Below the pieces are notes generated by a model that was given only the letters and a program-made list of their open reading frames with translations, made no database searches and was not told the origin of the DNA. Source: Octopus sinensis (taxonomy: Eukaryota). From it: a DNA stretch of 64,000 nt. The position numbers and the translations under genes are program-made. Positions 12,231-24,554 of this stretch are shown in pieces. The DNA is taken from the NCBI RefSeq assembly GCF_006345805.1, contig NC_043004.1, positions 62,496,001 to 62,560,000 of the forward strand, written 5' to 3'. Within the stretch, counting starts at the first letter, position 1. Every line of letters starts with the position of its first letter.

Positions 12231-12645
12231 AGTTTAGTAAGTATATTGAGTGGTAAACGAGTTAAAACTAAAGTAATGTAATTATTTTTAAAATATCTGT
12301 TAGTCGAGGACTCGAACCTGAATATGTGGCTTTGCATGTGTAGGAGAATTTATAAAATTGAAATAAAATAAAATAAAATAAATTAAGTGCTGAAGTGAAA
12401 TGGTCCAGATGGCGCTGTGTGCATACAATTTACTTTGACGGCTGGATCGAATATTATGCGTATAAAGTTCCATTCAGGATCGACGAAAGAATTTCTGGGA
12501 GAACGTAAATGCCGTGTTCTGAGAATGGCCCGTATGTGATTGTGTATTTGTTCATGTTTTATATGTGTTGTATAGGACATCCTGATAAGGAGAGTGTCAA
12601 TTGTAAGTACTATTGTAAGTACTGATATGTCTAATATTAATTGGC

Positions 12646-12704
12646 ACATCCGCGAAATGGACTTCTGTATATCTTACATCCGTAAATGGACTTCTGTATA
12701 TCTT
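12646..12704. repeat. ~30-bp tandem duplication
   Basis: acatccgcgaaatggacttctgtatatctt followed by acatccgtaaatggacttctgtatatctt. Confidence 0.85.
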
Positions 12705-12985
12705 ATATTTTTGTAAGCCTCTATATGTATTATATTCTATGTACTATTCGCCGGAATTTTATTCGTCTTTTGATATGACATATTTTTATTTTATTATCTT
12801 TATATTTATTTCTCTTATTCTAACAGTTTTAAGCGTGTTATATGCACAATTTATATTTACATTTATATTTTTATTTGTATATGATACTTATATATTACTG
12901 AATTTAATTTTTTTTTTAAATGTCGGACCGTTTAAATATAAATTAGTATATAAGATTTGTATGTTTGGTCTATCTTTGAATTTTT

Positions 12986-14280
12986 GAGCTTCCTTGCAAC
13001 TGGCAAACTTCCAAGAAAACTGAAGGAAGGTAAAATATGCCCAATACATAAAGGTGGTAGCAGAGCGGAGGCCAAGAACTACAGACCTATCTCTCTGACC
13101 TCACACATCAGCAAGGTCATGGAATGATATGTCACAAACTGCGTGACCTTGGCATAGTTGGAAAATTGGGAGAATGGCTTCATGACTTTCTGAAAGATAG
13201 AAGTCTGGTGGTAGTAGCCAATGGGGCCACTTCCATTAACACGCAAATAGTGAGAGGTGTTCAACAAAGCACTGTTTTGGGACCACTACTGTTCATAATG
13301 GCCCTCTCAGACATGCCCTCGGCCACGCAGAGAGCTACGATCACAAGCTATGCAGATGATACAAAAGTTTCACAGGCAATACAGAACTCTGAAGACACTA
13401 AGCACCAGCAATGTGAGCTGGACAAAATATACAAGTAGGCTGAAAAGTTTCAAGCTTTATGCTATCAGCATGCAAAACTAAATGCAATACCCAATAAATA
13501 CACTGGACCTGGAGGGATTGCAATTCCAGAGGCACAATCAGTGCGAGACCTGGGTATGCACATGAGTGATGATGCAACCTTTCATGTGCATGTTGCTAAA
13601 TTGGCAATGAAATGTAGGCGGCTGACCGGATGAATTTTTAGAACCTTTAGAACAAGAGACCAAGAAACCATGATGGTCCTCTGGAGGACACTTGTCCTAA
13701 GCCACTTTCACTATTGCTCTCAGCTATGGTCACCATCCAGTGTCAAGTTAATCACAGAACTTGAGGCGATCCAACGAAGCTACACGAAGAAGATAGCCTC
13801 TGTGCAACATATAAGCTACTGGGAAAGACTCAAGAGATTAAGACTCTATTCCTTAGAGTGTAGGCGAGAAAGATATGCCATAATATAAATCTGGAAGATC
13901 CTAGAAGGACTTGTCCCAAACTTTGGTATCGAGAGTTACACAATTGCTAGAACTGGGCACCACTGCATGATGCCAAGTACTCCAAATTTGCCATCAAGAT
14001 GTAGGACAAGATACTGTGATAGCCTGGGCTTCAGAGGCCCATAGCTCTTCAATATCCTCCCGAAGAACCTGAGAGACCTGCATGGGGTGGATGCAAATGT
14101 CTTTAAAATAAAACTGGATCTCTTCGTGTCAGGTGTACCAGATGAACCAACTTCACGGCAAGAGGTGCAGATGAGGGCAGCTGCGTTGAACTCTCTCATA
14201 CACCAAATGGCAATTGCTAAAAAGCATTCGTGAAGTAAAATCATGTAGCAAAAATATAAAAATATAAAAATATAAAAAAT
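12986..14280 (+). mobile_element. CR1/L2-group LINE, 5'-truncated RT pseudogene with 3' end
   Basis: KGGSRAEAKNYRPISLTSHISKVME, VQQSTVLGPLLF, YADDTK, VRDLG, LVLSHFHYCSQLWSP, YWERLKRLRLYSLECRRER. It has an internal deletion after KVME, stops, and an (aaaatat)n tail. Confidence 0.92.
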
Positions 14281-14371
14281 ATACATACATACATATATAT
14301 ATATATATACGTATATATATATGCATATATATATACATATATATACATATATATATATTATATATATATTA

Positions 14372-14421
<50 letters not shown>

Positions 14422-14540
14422 TATATACATATGTATACATATATATATATACTATATATAACATATATACATATATATATATACATATATATATATATGT
14501 ATATATATACACACACACATATATATATATATAATATATA

Positions 14541-15776
<1,236 letters not shown>

Positions 15777-16025
15777 AGTATATGAAAGAATGGAGTTGAA
15801 CGACTTATCTTTTCCTACACCTACCCTACTCCTCCGCATAACCCCCTTAATATCTTGGCCACCAAATAACACTCCGGGTTTTTATTTTTTATTCTATTTA
15901 CAATTCTTTATTTTCTGATCTTGTTTTCATTTTCTCTCCCTCTTTCTTTACTTTTTTTTCTCACTTTTTCTTTTGACCTCTGTCTACATTTTAACATAAA
16001 CATCTCTTCTCCTCTCTCTATCTAC

Positions 16026-16320
16026 TTAATATGTTCTCAAATATTCATTCACACAACAAGACTTTGAATGAACAGCACATGGAATCTTTGTCTCCACGAT
16101 TCCATATGTGATAACAAAATATTGACTCCTATTGGAATTTACATACCACGGATAGGAAGCATTTATACCACTTCTATACACCACATTCCTTGGATAATGT
16201 AACTGCAACTATAACATCTTTATACATTCTATTTAAACATCTCACGTAGTTTCCGTTGAAGGCATATCACTAATATACCAGAAACAGTTGTAAGACTAAC
16301 TTTCTCTTTATAAACGTCTT
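16026..16320 (+). mobile_element. Possible decayed Naiad-like PLE 3' remnant
   Basis: Frame pieces SNIHSHNKTL (resembles IISSHNKKIL) and KAY..TRNSCKTNFLF (resembles the endonuclease C-terminus). Confidence 0.35.
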
Positions 16321-16396
16321 GAAAACTCCACACAGCCTTGGCTTTGTTGTCTCATTTTATTTAACACACACACAAAGACATAGACACAGATACACA

Positions 16397-16450
<54 letters not shown>

Positions 16451-17378
16451 CACACACACATATATATATATATTGCTCTATGCTTTTACACCTTATCGGA
16501 TTCCTGTTTCGTCTTCTGTTCAGTTTTCTATATTAGACGAAACAGATGTTTCCGTAGCTTCTTTCCGTTCAACAAAATACTCGTCCATAATTTCTGGTTA
16601 AATGCATCATTTTCTGTTACATTTAAATTCTGACTGAAAATTATTAATAACCGCCAATTTCGTGATGGACATGAAATTGACAATATTCAGCTTTTGATGA
16701 TATGTGATATGTTGATGTAATATATAATCTATGAACAGCAGCATAAATATTTTTGATATCAAAATAGCAACAAGGACCGAAAGATACCCTAATACTACTG
16801 CTGATGTTGCTGCTTTCAAAATATATCTGTCCATTATAACAATTTGAACAAGGGTTTTAGGACGTCTATGCATTCCATTTTGTTTGCATAAAACATTATA
16901 AAATAGTAAATAGTTATACGTACCATGTCAAAGAAGAAATTTCAAAGATTTGAATTGTGATTTGCTGACTTAAATTAGATTTGAAAAGACTGAGATTCAG
17001 AAAAGTCATTCTTAATACTATGGTACATACGGAAAGCAATCTCCAGTGAATAATGGGAATAATCAGAAATAGATTTACGTGACCAAACCAAATCAGACCG
17101 CTCGTGTGAACAGACTGAGTGAACAAAAACAGAAGATAAGGAAAAGTTGCTTTTTATAACTATGCGTATTTAAGATGAAACATGTTCGAACATATTATTG
17201 TTCGCTTTGAATATCTATGTATATGTTTGAATGGTAGAGTTATGTTACACGGGATGCTATTTGTAGAGATAGAGAGAAGTAAGTGATTTTTATATGTGTA
17301 ATGCTTACATGTAAGTGTCAGCCAGTGCAAGTTTTTTCCAGTATACACACACACACACACGCATATATATATACATAC

Positions 17379-17411
<33 letters not shown>

Positions 17412-17424
17412 ATATAATATATAT

Positions 17425-17470
<46 letters not shown>

Positions 17471-17606
17471 TATACATACATATATATATATATATTATAT
17501 ATATATATGTATATGTTTTAATTATTTATATATATATATATATATACATATACATCTATATTGTTTATATTATTTTATGATTGAACGCCATGCATCCTCT
17601 TCCAAG

Positions 17607-17642
<36 letters not shown>

Positions 17643-17648
17643 ATATAT

Positions 17649-17679
<31 letters not shown>

Positions 17680-17686
<7 letters not shown>

Positions 17687-17940
17687 TTAAAACAAAAAAT
17701 GGAACAAGGACATAACAGTCGACAACATATCATTCGGACGATCAGATGATACGAAAAAGGACAATAAAAGAAAAGGACAAGTAATTCGGAACTTTCAATC
17801 ATCAGTCGAGAAGCAGATCGTCTTTCCAGTTTTGGCTGGTTAATCTCGAGACTGCTCTAATCTGGCCGGCCCCAAGAAAATCTAAGCAAAAAGCACTAGT
17901 TTCTTTGGAAGAAAGCAATCGAATACATAGGCAATCAAGG
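17680..17940 (-). repeat. Interspersed repeat with hammerhead-like remnants, related to 18490-18720
   Basis: The two copies share gagaagcagatcgtctttccagtttt / gaggagcagatcgtccttgcagtttc and flanking similarity. Confidence 0.5.
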
Positions 17941-18489
17941 ATGAAATAACGGAGAAATTATACACAATTTCAAATAGAAGCAACAGCACAACAGTCGAAT
18001 TTCGACTAAGGTCGAATTAAATTAATCTGGTGTATGTGGAAGTGAAGACTTTCAGCAGGAAACTTTAGGATGAAAGTCATGGAAAGAAACACAAGAGATG
18101 CTACAAGGATGATAGTCGAACCAAGAAAGAAAGGTCAAGCTTGGCCGAACACCGATCATGTGCAAGGAGAGGAAAGATGTAGTGAGTAAAGGATTAAAGA
18201 ACTAGGGAAGGACGAGAAAGAGAGAAACAAGGAAAGAGACAGTGTGAGGTAGAGGAGGATAGAAAGTGATGAGAATGAAGGGAGTGCCAAGAAATATGAG
18301 AGAAGTTGGGAGCCAGAAAAAGAAAAGGAACGAAGAAAGTGTGAAAGGGGCTAAATGAATGAGTAAGAGTCGCACGTAATTTATACACACCCACGCACAC
18401 ACATACAGACACGCACACGCAGACATACGTATGTACTTAAAAACAGGAGACCAAAAGTATACGTATGCCGCTATATGCATATATAAAAA

Positions 18490-18720
18490 ATCCAAACAAA
18501 AATGTAACAAGAATGTAACAGTTGACAACAAAACATTTGGACAGTAGGTGACACAAAAAAGACAGGAAAATGTAAGGACGAGTGATTTGGAACTCTCGAT
18601 CATTAGCCGAGGAGCAGATCGTCCTTGCAGTTTCGGATGTGCTTCTTTCATTTACCATCCACAAAATGAAATCAGACGACTGACCCTGCTCGGGCCAAGA
18701 CTAGAGAAGAAGAAACCTTC
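18490..18720 (-). repeat. Second copy of the 17680-17940 repeat
   Basis: The minus strand has tcgtctga..ggatg..catcc gaaac tgca..gacga, a decayed HHR-like fold. Confidence 0.5.
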
Positions 18721-19308
18721 CCAAAGAGACGCACAGTGGGCCTTAACTCAGAATCATGTGGTTATAGAACTTGTTACAACACATAAACCTTTGCACCTCT
18801 AACGCATCTACACCAATACATGTGTGTGCGTGTGTGTGTGTGTATGTGATTGTGTATGTGGCTGTATTTGTGTGCGTTTTCGGGCGCATGTACCAACATG
18901 AGTCAATGCTTAGTAATTATTTATCGGGTATTTTGTACATGTAAGACACCTCTCCCGTCTTCTCACCCAATCTCATCCCGAAATTATCGTTAAATGTCCA
19001 AGTTAATATGAAATAGGCAGCCTCTTCACAGAATTACTCACCATCAGTAGCTATGCAGCGTGTACACCTATACATATATGTATTTCTAAATATGTGTGGT
19101 TGTGTGTCTGTATGTGTATCTGTGTATGCATGCATATTTATTTTTATATCCCTCTAGCTACCAGTCCATCTGTCTCTATCTATGTACTTATACATTAATC
19201 TTTCTATCTACCGATTTTTTCTCTCCATCCATTGTTTGCTGCTCTCACTATCTTTCCTCCTTTCTCTCTCTGTATATGTATTTATATCTTTCGCTTGTTG
19301 GTGTACGC

Positions 19309-19361
<53 letters not shown>

Positions 19362-22039
19362 CGCGCGTGCAGGCGTGTTTGTGTAAGTGTGTAATACATA
19401 GCTTCATGTTTTATCAAAACGGGTCACAATTCAATACAATCTTTCAGGTTTTATGTATGTGGGAAGTAATCCTCTCGGAATTTCAACTGAAAACAACCTA
19501 TATGCAAAACTTAGGATTATACATTATTCTGTTGTATCGTTAATTATATAGTTCCTTAGAGGTACGTGGATTATAGTATGCTATTTTCCTGTGGTTCCTT
19601 CTACAGAATAGTTTCGATGGTGAAACCATACATTACCGGTAATGGTGGCACTTCAGTTTTATTGTAGTAATATCGTGGTATTTATCATTATGAACTTCAC
19701 TTGGGTCTTAATGGGTTTCGTGTTTCAAACTTCTCTTTGGAACAGTGGATTAATTTGTATCTGTGTTTGATTCTGTATGTTCCCTTTCTAGCCATGAGAT
19801 TAATAAAATACTTGAACATGATCATTTCTCATGCGAACTATATATACATTATTTTTGTAATAAAAACTGTTGTTGTGAAAATGAACATGTTAATCTTATC
19901 CTGTATTTCTTTTCTTTCAATTCATAAATATTCCTGTTTATATGTCAAAATACAAAACGATCGATTCGAGGTGGTTTGATGCCTTTCATGAAGTCATTGT
20001 GAACGTTGCTGAAGAACATGATGCACTGTTGTAATCTAAATATTGTTAAAATGTAATGTATTCATATTACGTGATCTGCAGTTGGTGCTGAAGACGGAAA
20101 ATGTGTAGAACAATTTTGAAATTTAACTGAAATTATCATAAACTATTTTGTCTGGCATATTAAAGATCGCCACAGCAGTTATCCCCCTAGAGAGACAGGG
20201 CTTTCCAGCAACCATTTAGCACCCAACATACTTTCCAATCTCAGTTCACTTTGTTATGAAAGGGTGTAGACATATAGCTTCATACATATAGTTTAGAAGG
20301 AAGAATGCATGTTATCATAGCTTCCTCGTGGATAACCTAGGTTTAAGCAGCAACAATTTGAGATAGTTCATTGACTCAATATAAGTGAGGGCCAAATTAT
20401 CGTCATAAGAATCCTCCTCGGCTTTAAATAATTATTGAAATTTCTGATAAAGTAAGCAAAAATGTTATTCTTGAAATTAATAAAAGCTGCAACGGATACA
20501 GTTCGATCCCCCTTTTCATAGTTCCGTTTACCCACAGCTGATATAATAATAATCATCATCTAGCAACTAATAATAGACATAAATCTATTTTGAAGAGATT
20601 TTGAAGAGATTTTGTGTTGCACTTACATGCTTGAAATAAGGGATATGTAACTTTCAAATTACACTATTATCTTTTGAAAATATGCCATTCTATAATTTAG
20701 ATATTTCAATCCTCGGATGGCTTGAGGAGAGTTGGGGTGCTTTTGATTATAGTTCTGCTGCGTTTAAAGAAAAAACGTACAAGGCTTTTGCTAACGCCTG
20801 ACCATGACGGAAGACCCATTTCAATATTTCCCAGATTGCATCAACACTACAGCCATAAGTTATTACAAAATTTATACTCTTAGGTCTTACTACCCTAATT
20901 ATTAAGAATAAATATGAAAACGGTTGTTTTAGAGAAATATGCTTTTCTTTGTTTCTGATCATTATATTCTAAGTTCAAGCACCGCTGACGTCAACTTTGC
21001 CTTTTATCCCTATGGCTTGAATAAAAAGTGGTAATGCAGTAGAGGATATCGACTAATTTCTTGTCTTCGTAACAGTAATTGCTTGCGCTTTGTTCATGAA
21101 AATACAGCAACAATATTTATGCGGAGAGAGAATTGATCTCTCTCGAAAGGATGTATCAGAAAATATGAACAATTTGATTATGCATTCGATCTAAATGTAC
21201 ATAGAATCGATATTCAATAACTGTAGAATACATTTAAGATACACAGAGGCAGATAGAATTACTTACACCCAAGCACATAGAGGGGCACATATCCTTCTAA
21301 CAAAACACGTATAATCCATAGATAATAATTCTTAATTCATATACCCGGGTCTCTTACTAATTCAGAGTCTTCTGCAATTTAGTAAAGTTGTCGGAACCAT
21401 GACTGAACGTATCTACTTAAAAGAAATACAAAAATATATCTAACAGTACTATTCAAGAAAATATGAATACAATTTTGTAAAGGAAATTAAATACGCGATA
21501 TCATTGTTACGAAGATGGTGTACTTTGTTCATCCAGAGCTGGTGACGATAAGGTTTTGTTTCTAACATGAAGTCAAATATCAATGTTCAACAACAAAAGC
21601 TACCCGGTTGCAAACAAATTTAATGAAAGGAATCCTTTTATGTCTAATGGAAAATATTACTGCTTTAATATGATAGTGAATATATTTTCATTTTGCTACG
21701 CGGTAAACTATATTAAGTCAGAAGATTTAAAATCTCTTAAAATCATTATATATATATAAACATGTATATATATAGTAACTGTTCCATGATAGTAAGATCA
21801 ACAGGAAAGTAATCAATGTAGTGAGGGATAAATATTATTTAATAAACACAATATATTTCTATGTATTGCTATTAGATTCACGTGATGGAAACAAGGCAGA
21901 GAATATTTTTAACCAGTTTGCTGATTTGGCACAAACTCGAGGCACTGCTAAAATAGCATAATAAAATAAAAACGGGACGATAAAAAGAGAAAGAAACAGG
22001 AAAAGGCGAGAAACAAGGAAATTGGATGGTTGAAAGGCT

Positions 22040-22745
22040 GATAGCTAACAGTAGTAGCAGAGTATGTATCTAACCTCTATTCCTCTAAAGAAATTTTGCG
22101 AGAAACAGCTCCATACAACAATAATGCCAAATGGTAGCTTGGAGTATAAATTTATATATCACACTCTAATTATAAAACAAATAATAATAAAACACCTAAA
22201 AAGTGTCCAATGAAAATAATTTGATCCGTCCTACCCGTTATGTAAAAACTAACAATGATAAACGTTCCTGTCTCTCCTAAGCAAACATTTTCCAGAAAAT
22301 CATTGGTACAAGAGAATATTTAACAGCCACTCAGTGAATATTATCATATAGCTGCTGCTCCAAGCAGCATCGTAGCATGAGAGTAAAACCAAGAGCTCAC
22401 TCCTAGTTGTAACCGCGGAGACCCAGTAATTTGTCTCCACGACCAGGGACGTTTGATCAACAATGTTATATATGAGGCAGAAGTTACAGCAACGGATACG
22501 AAGAGCTATATCGGACTATTTGAAAGGTGAGGATACTACAAAAACTGCTATGATAAGTATATAGTTCCATCCAATTCGAGGACACCAGTTAGCTAGCCAA
22601 GCATGGAGATTAAATCTAACGCTAAACCACATACCATAAAGTTGAAAGTAGTCGAAAATTTCATACCGTATGTCAACGAATAAAAAATGTAACCTATGCG
22701 TAGATGAATAAAAGCAGATCCTTTTCTGATCTATGTCTACCACAC
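22040..22745 (+). mobile_element. Naiad-like PLE: RT thumb end, linker and GIY-YIG endonuclease, decayed
   Basis: KHFPENHWYKRIFNSHSV..SYSCCS, SCNRGDPVIC..GRLINNVIYEAEVTATDTKSYIGL, ..HTIKLKVVE..PY..KCNLCVDE. Confidence 0.85.
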
Positions 22746-22776
22746 ATATATTGTGTTTATTTAATCATTATATATA

Positions 22777-22810
<34 letters not shown>

Positions 22811-22938
22811 CATATAATTAAGGGCTAAAGAGGGTTATTCTAAAGCCAAATACACTGTTTTATCCACTTATAATCCGCTTGTTACAGGAAAATTGAAACT
22901 GAAAACGGCAACTAACCTTAGAAAATTTAAATTTCGTT

Positions 22939-23007
22939 ATCTCTATATTGAATCAATTTCGGACTTAATCTTATAAAAAAAAGATATATTCCTTCTTCAG
23001 TAGAAAT
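22939..23007 (-). ncRNA. Type I hammerhead ribozyme (predicted)
   Basis: Minus strand: AUUUCUA-CUGAAGA-A-[GGA..AUCUU loop AAGAU..UCC]-GAAA-UUG(auu)CAA-U-A-UAGAGAU. Stem I is 7 bp with one GU, stem III is 4 bp, and the cleavage triplet is AUA with the cut at 22946/22945. Confidence 0.7.
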
Positions 23008-23431
23008 TTCGATGGGATATAAATAAAATACTCACGTATGATCATGGAAAAAGCACAAGCTAAAAACATAACTACACTTGAGTACATCATTTATATCTAA
23101 AAATAAAAATTCTTGGTCACCTCAGAAAACAACGTCCAGACCTTTCGCCGCTACAAATTGTAATGGTTACCAGTCCTCCTGTAGCAAGCATCGAGTTTAC
23201 TACTAAGCAATATAGGATGAAGTTCCTTACTCTACAGCAAAAGAATTCATCAGGAAGCGTGGGCAGTATATTTAAAAAAACCGTTACGGTTGCAATATAC
23301 ATCATATAATTAAGGGCTAAAGAGGGTTATTCTAAAGCCAAATACACTGTTTTATCCACTTATAATCCGCTTGTTACAGGAAAATTGAAACTGAAAACGG
23401 GCAACTAACCTTTAGAAAATTTAATTTCGTT

Positions 23432-23499
23432 ATCTCTATATTGAATCAATTTCGGACTTAATCTTATAAAAAAAGATATATTCCTTCTTCAGTAGAAAT
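23432..23499 (-). ncRNA. Type I hammerhead ribozyme (predicted), second tandem copy
   Basis: Same fold as 22939-23007 with one fewer U in loop II. The cut is at 23439/23438. Confidence 0.7.
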
Positions 23500-24009
23500 T
23501 TCGATGGGATATAAATAAAATACTCACGTATGATCATGGAAAAAGCACAAGCTAAAAACATAACTACACTTGAGTACATCATTTATATCTAAAAATAAAA
23601 ATTCTTTGGTCAGCCTCAGAAAACAACGTCCAGACCTTTCGCCGCTACAAATTGTAATGGTTACCAGTCCTATATATATATATATATATACATATAAGTG
23701 AAGTTGAAAGGTACCCCACGAGTGGAAATATATGCAATTTTAAAGATGTTTATTCACTTGACCGGTTTCACTTTTTTAGAAAAAAATGTCAAAACTAAAA
23801 TGTAAAGCTTTGTCACATTAAAATACATTCTTTGATAATAAGAAAATGTGAAAAACAGTTGGCAAGGAAATAGCTTGAGAAAATATTAAACAAAATGTAT
23901 TAGGAATTCAATAAAAATATTAGGAGTTCAATAAAAATAGGAGTTCAATAAAATCATTTTTGGTAGTATATATCTCCTCTGTATATATACACTATTAAAC
24001 AGAATTTTG

Positions 24010-24554
24010 GCCCAATTTTCTGATTTTTAGTATGAGACGCAGGTGTTGATGAATGTTTGAATGACCAAATCCAAGCTTTTCTGCTAGTTCCCCAACAGTT
24101 ACGAATGGGTTTCTTCCAGCAGTGTTCGCCAGACGTTCCCGTTGGGCTCTACAGATGCCCCAGGATGCGACTCGTCTTCTAAGCTGTAGTTTCTGGCTCG
24201 GATTTCTGGAACCACTGTTGATACTGGCTTACGCTTATTGTCCGATTCCCATATACTTCATTAATATTCTTCGCACTTTCCGTTGTTTTGTTGCCTTTAT
24301 TCGGGTAATAACGTAATTTATTCAACTTAGAAAGGAAAATATGCCGAGTATGCTTTTTTGACACTTTCATTATACCTTTGAAAAAACAACTGTTAAAATC
24401 GAACTGCACTCTTCAAAACTTGCACTAAGAATGAGGACAAAGTAAAACTATCACCTATTGTTATAGCAAGCTGATGTAGTTAGTGTATCCCGTATCGCCC
24501 CCACATTTAATTCATGCAGTTAAAAAAACGCATTATTCATAGGCTAACCAAATA
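24010..24554 (-). mobile_element. Mariner 5' half (mauritiana/mellifera-like), decayed
   Basis: TIR-like tatttggttagcctatgaataatgcg at 24554. It encodes MKVSKKHTRHIF..KGNKTTESAKNINEVYGNRTISVSQYQQWFQK. The 3' half is absent. Confidence 0.85.

Larger units (their letters stand above)
22809..23671 (-). repeat. A-B-A partial tandem (A about 370 bp, B 123 bp, period 492-494) flanked by (TA)n; retrozyme or PLE-pLTR-like element
   Basis: 22809-23177 matches 23301-23671 with six 1-nt indels and no substitutions. Confidence 0.95.

Noticed and set aside
22400-22460. In-frame TGA selenocysteine codons, as reported for some Naiad PLEs
   Set aside because: The Cys positions here are TGT or mutated to CGC/CGT-type codons, not TGA.
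23215-23260. Extra CUGAUGA in the B spacer (minus strand)
   Set aside because: It is followed by GAAC rather than GAAA and lacks consistent stems I and III.
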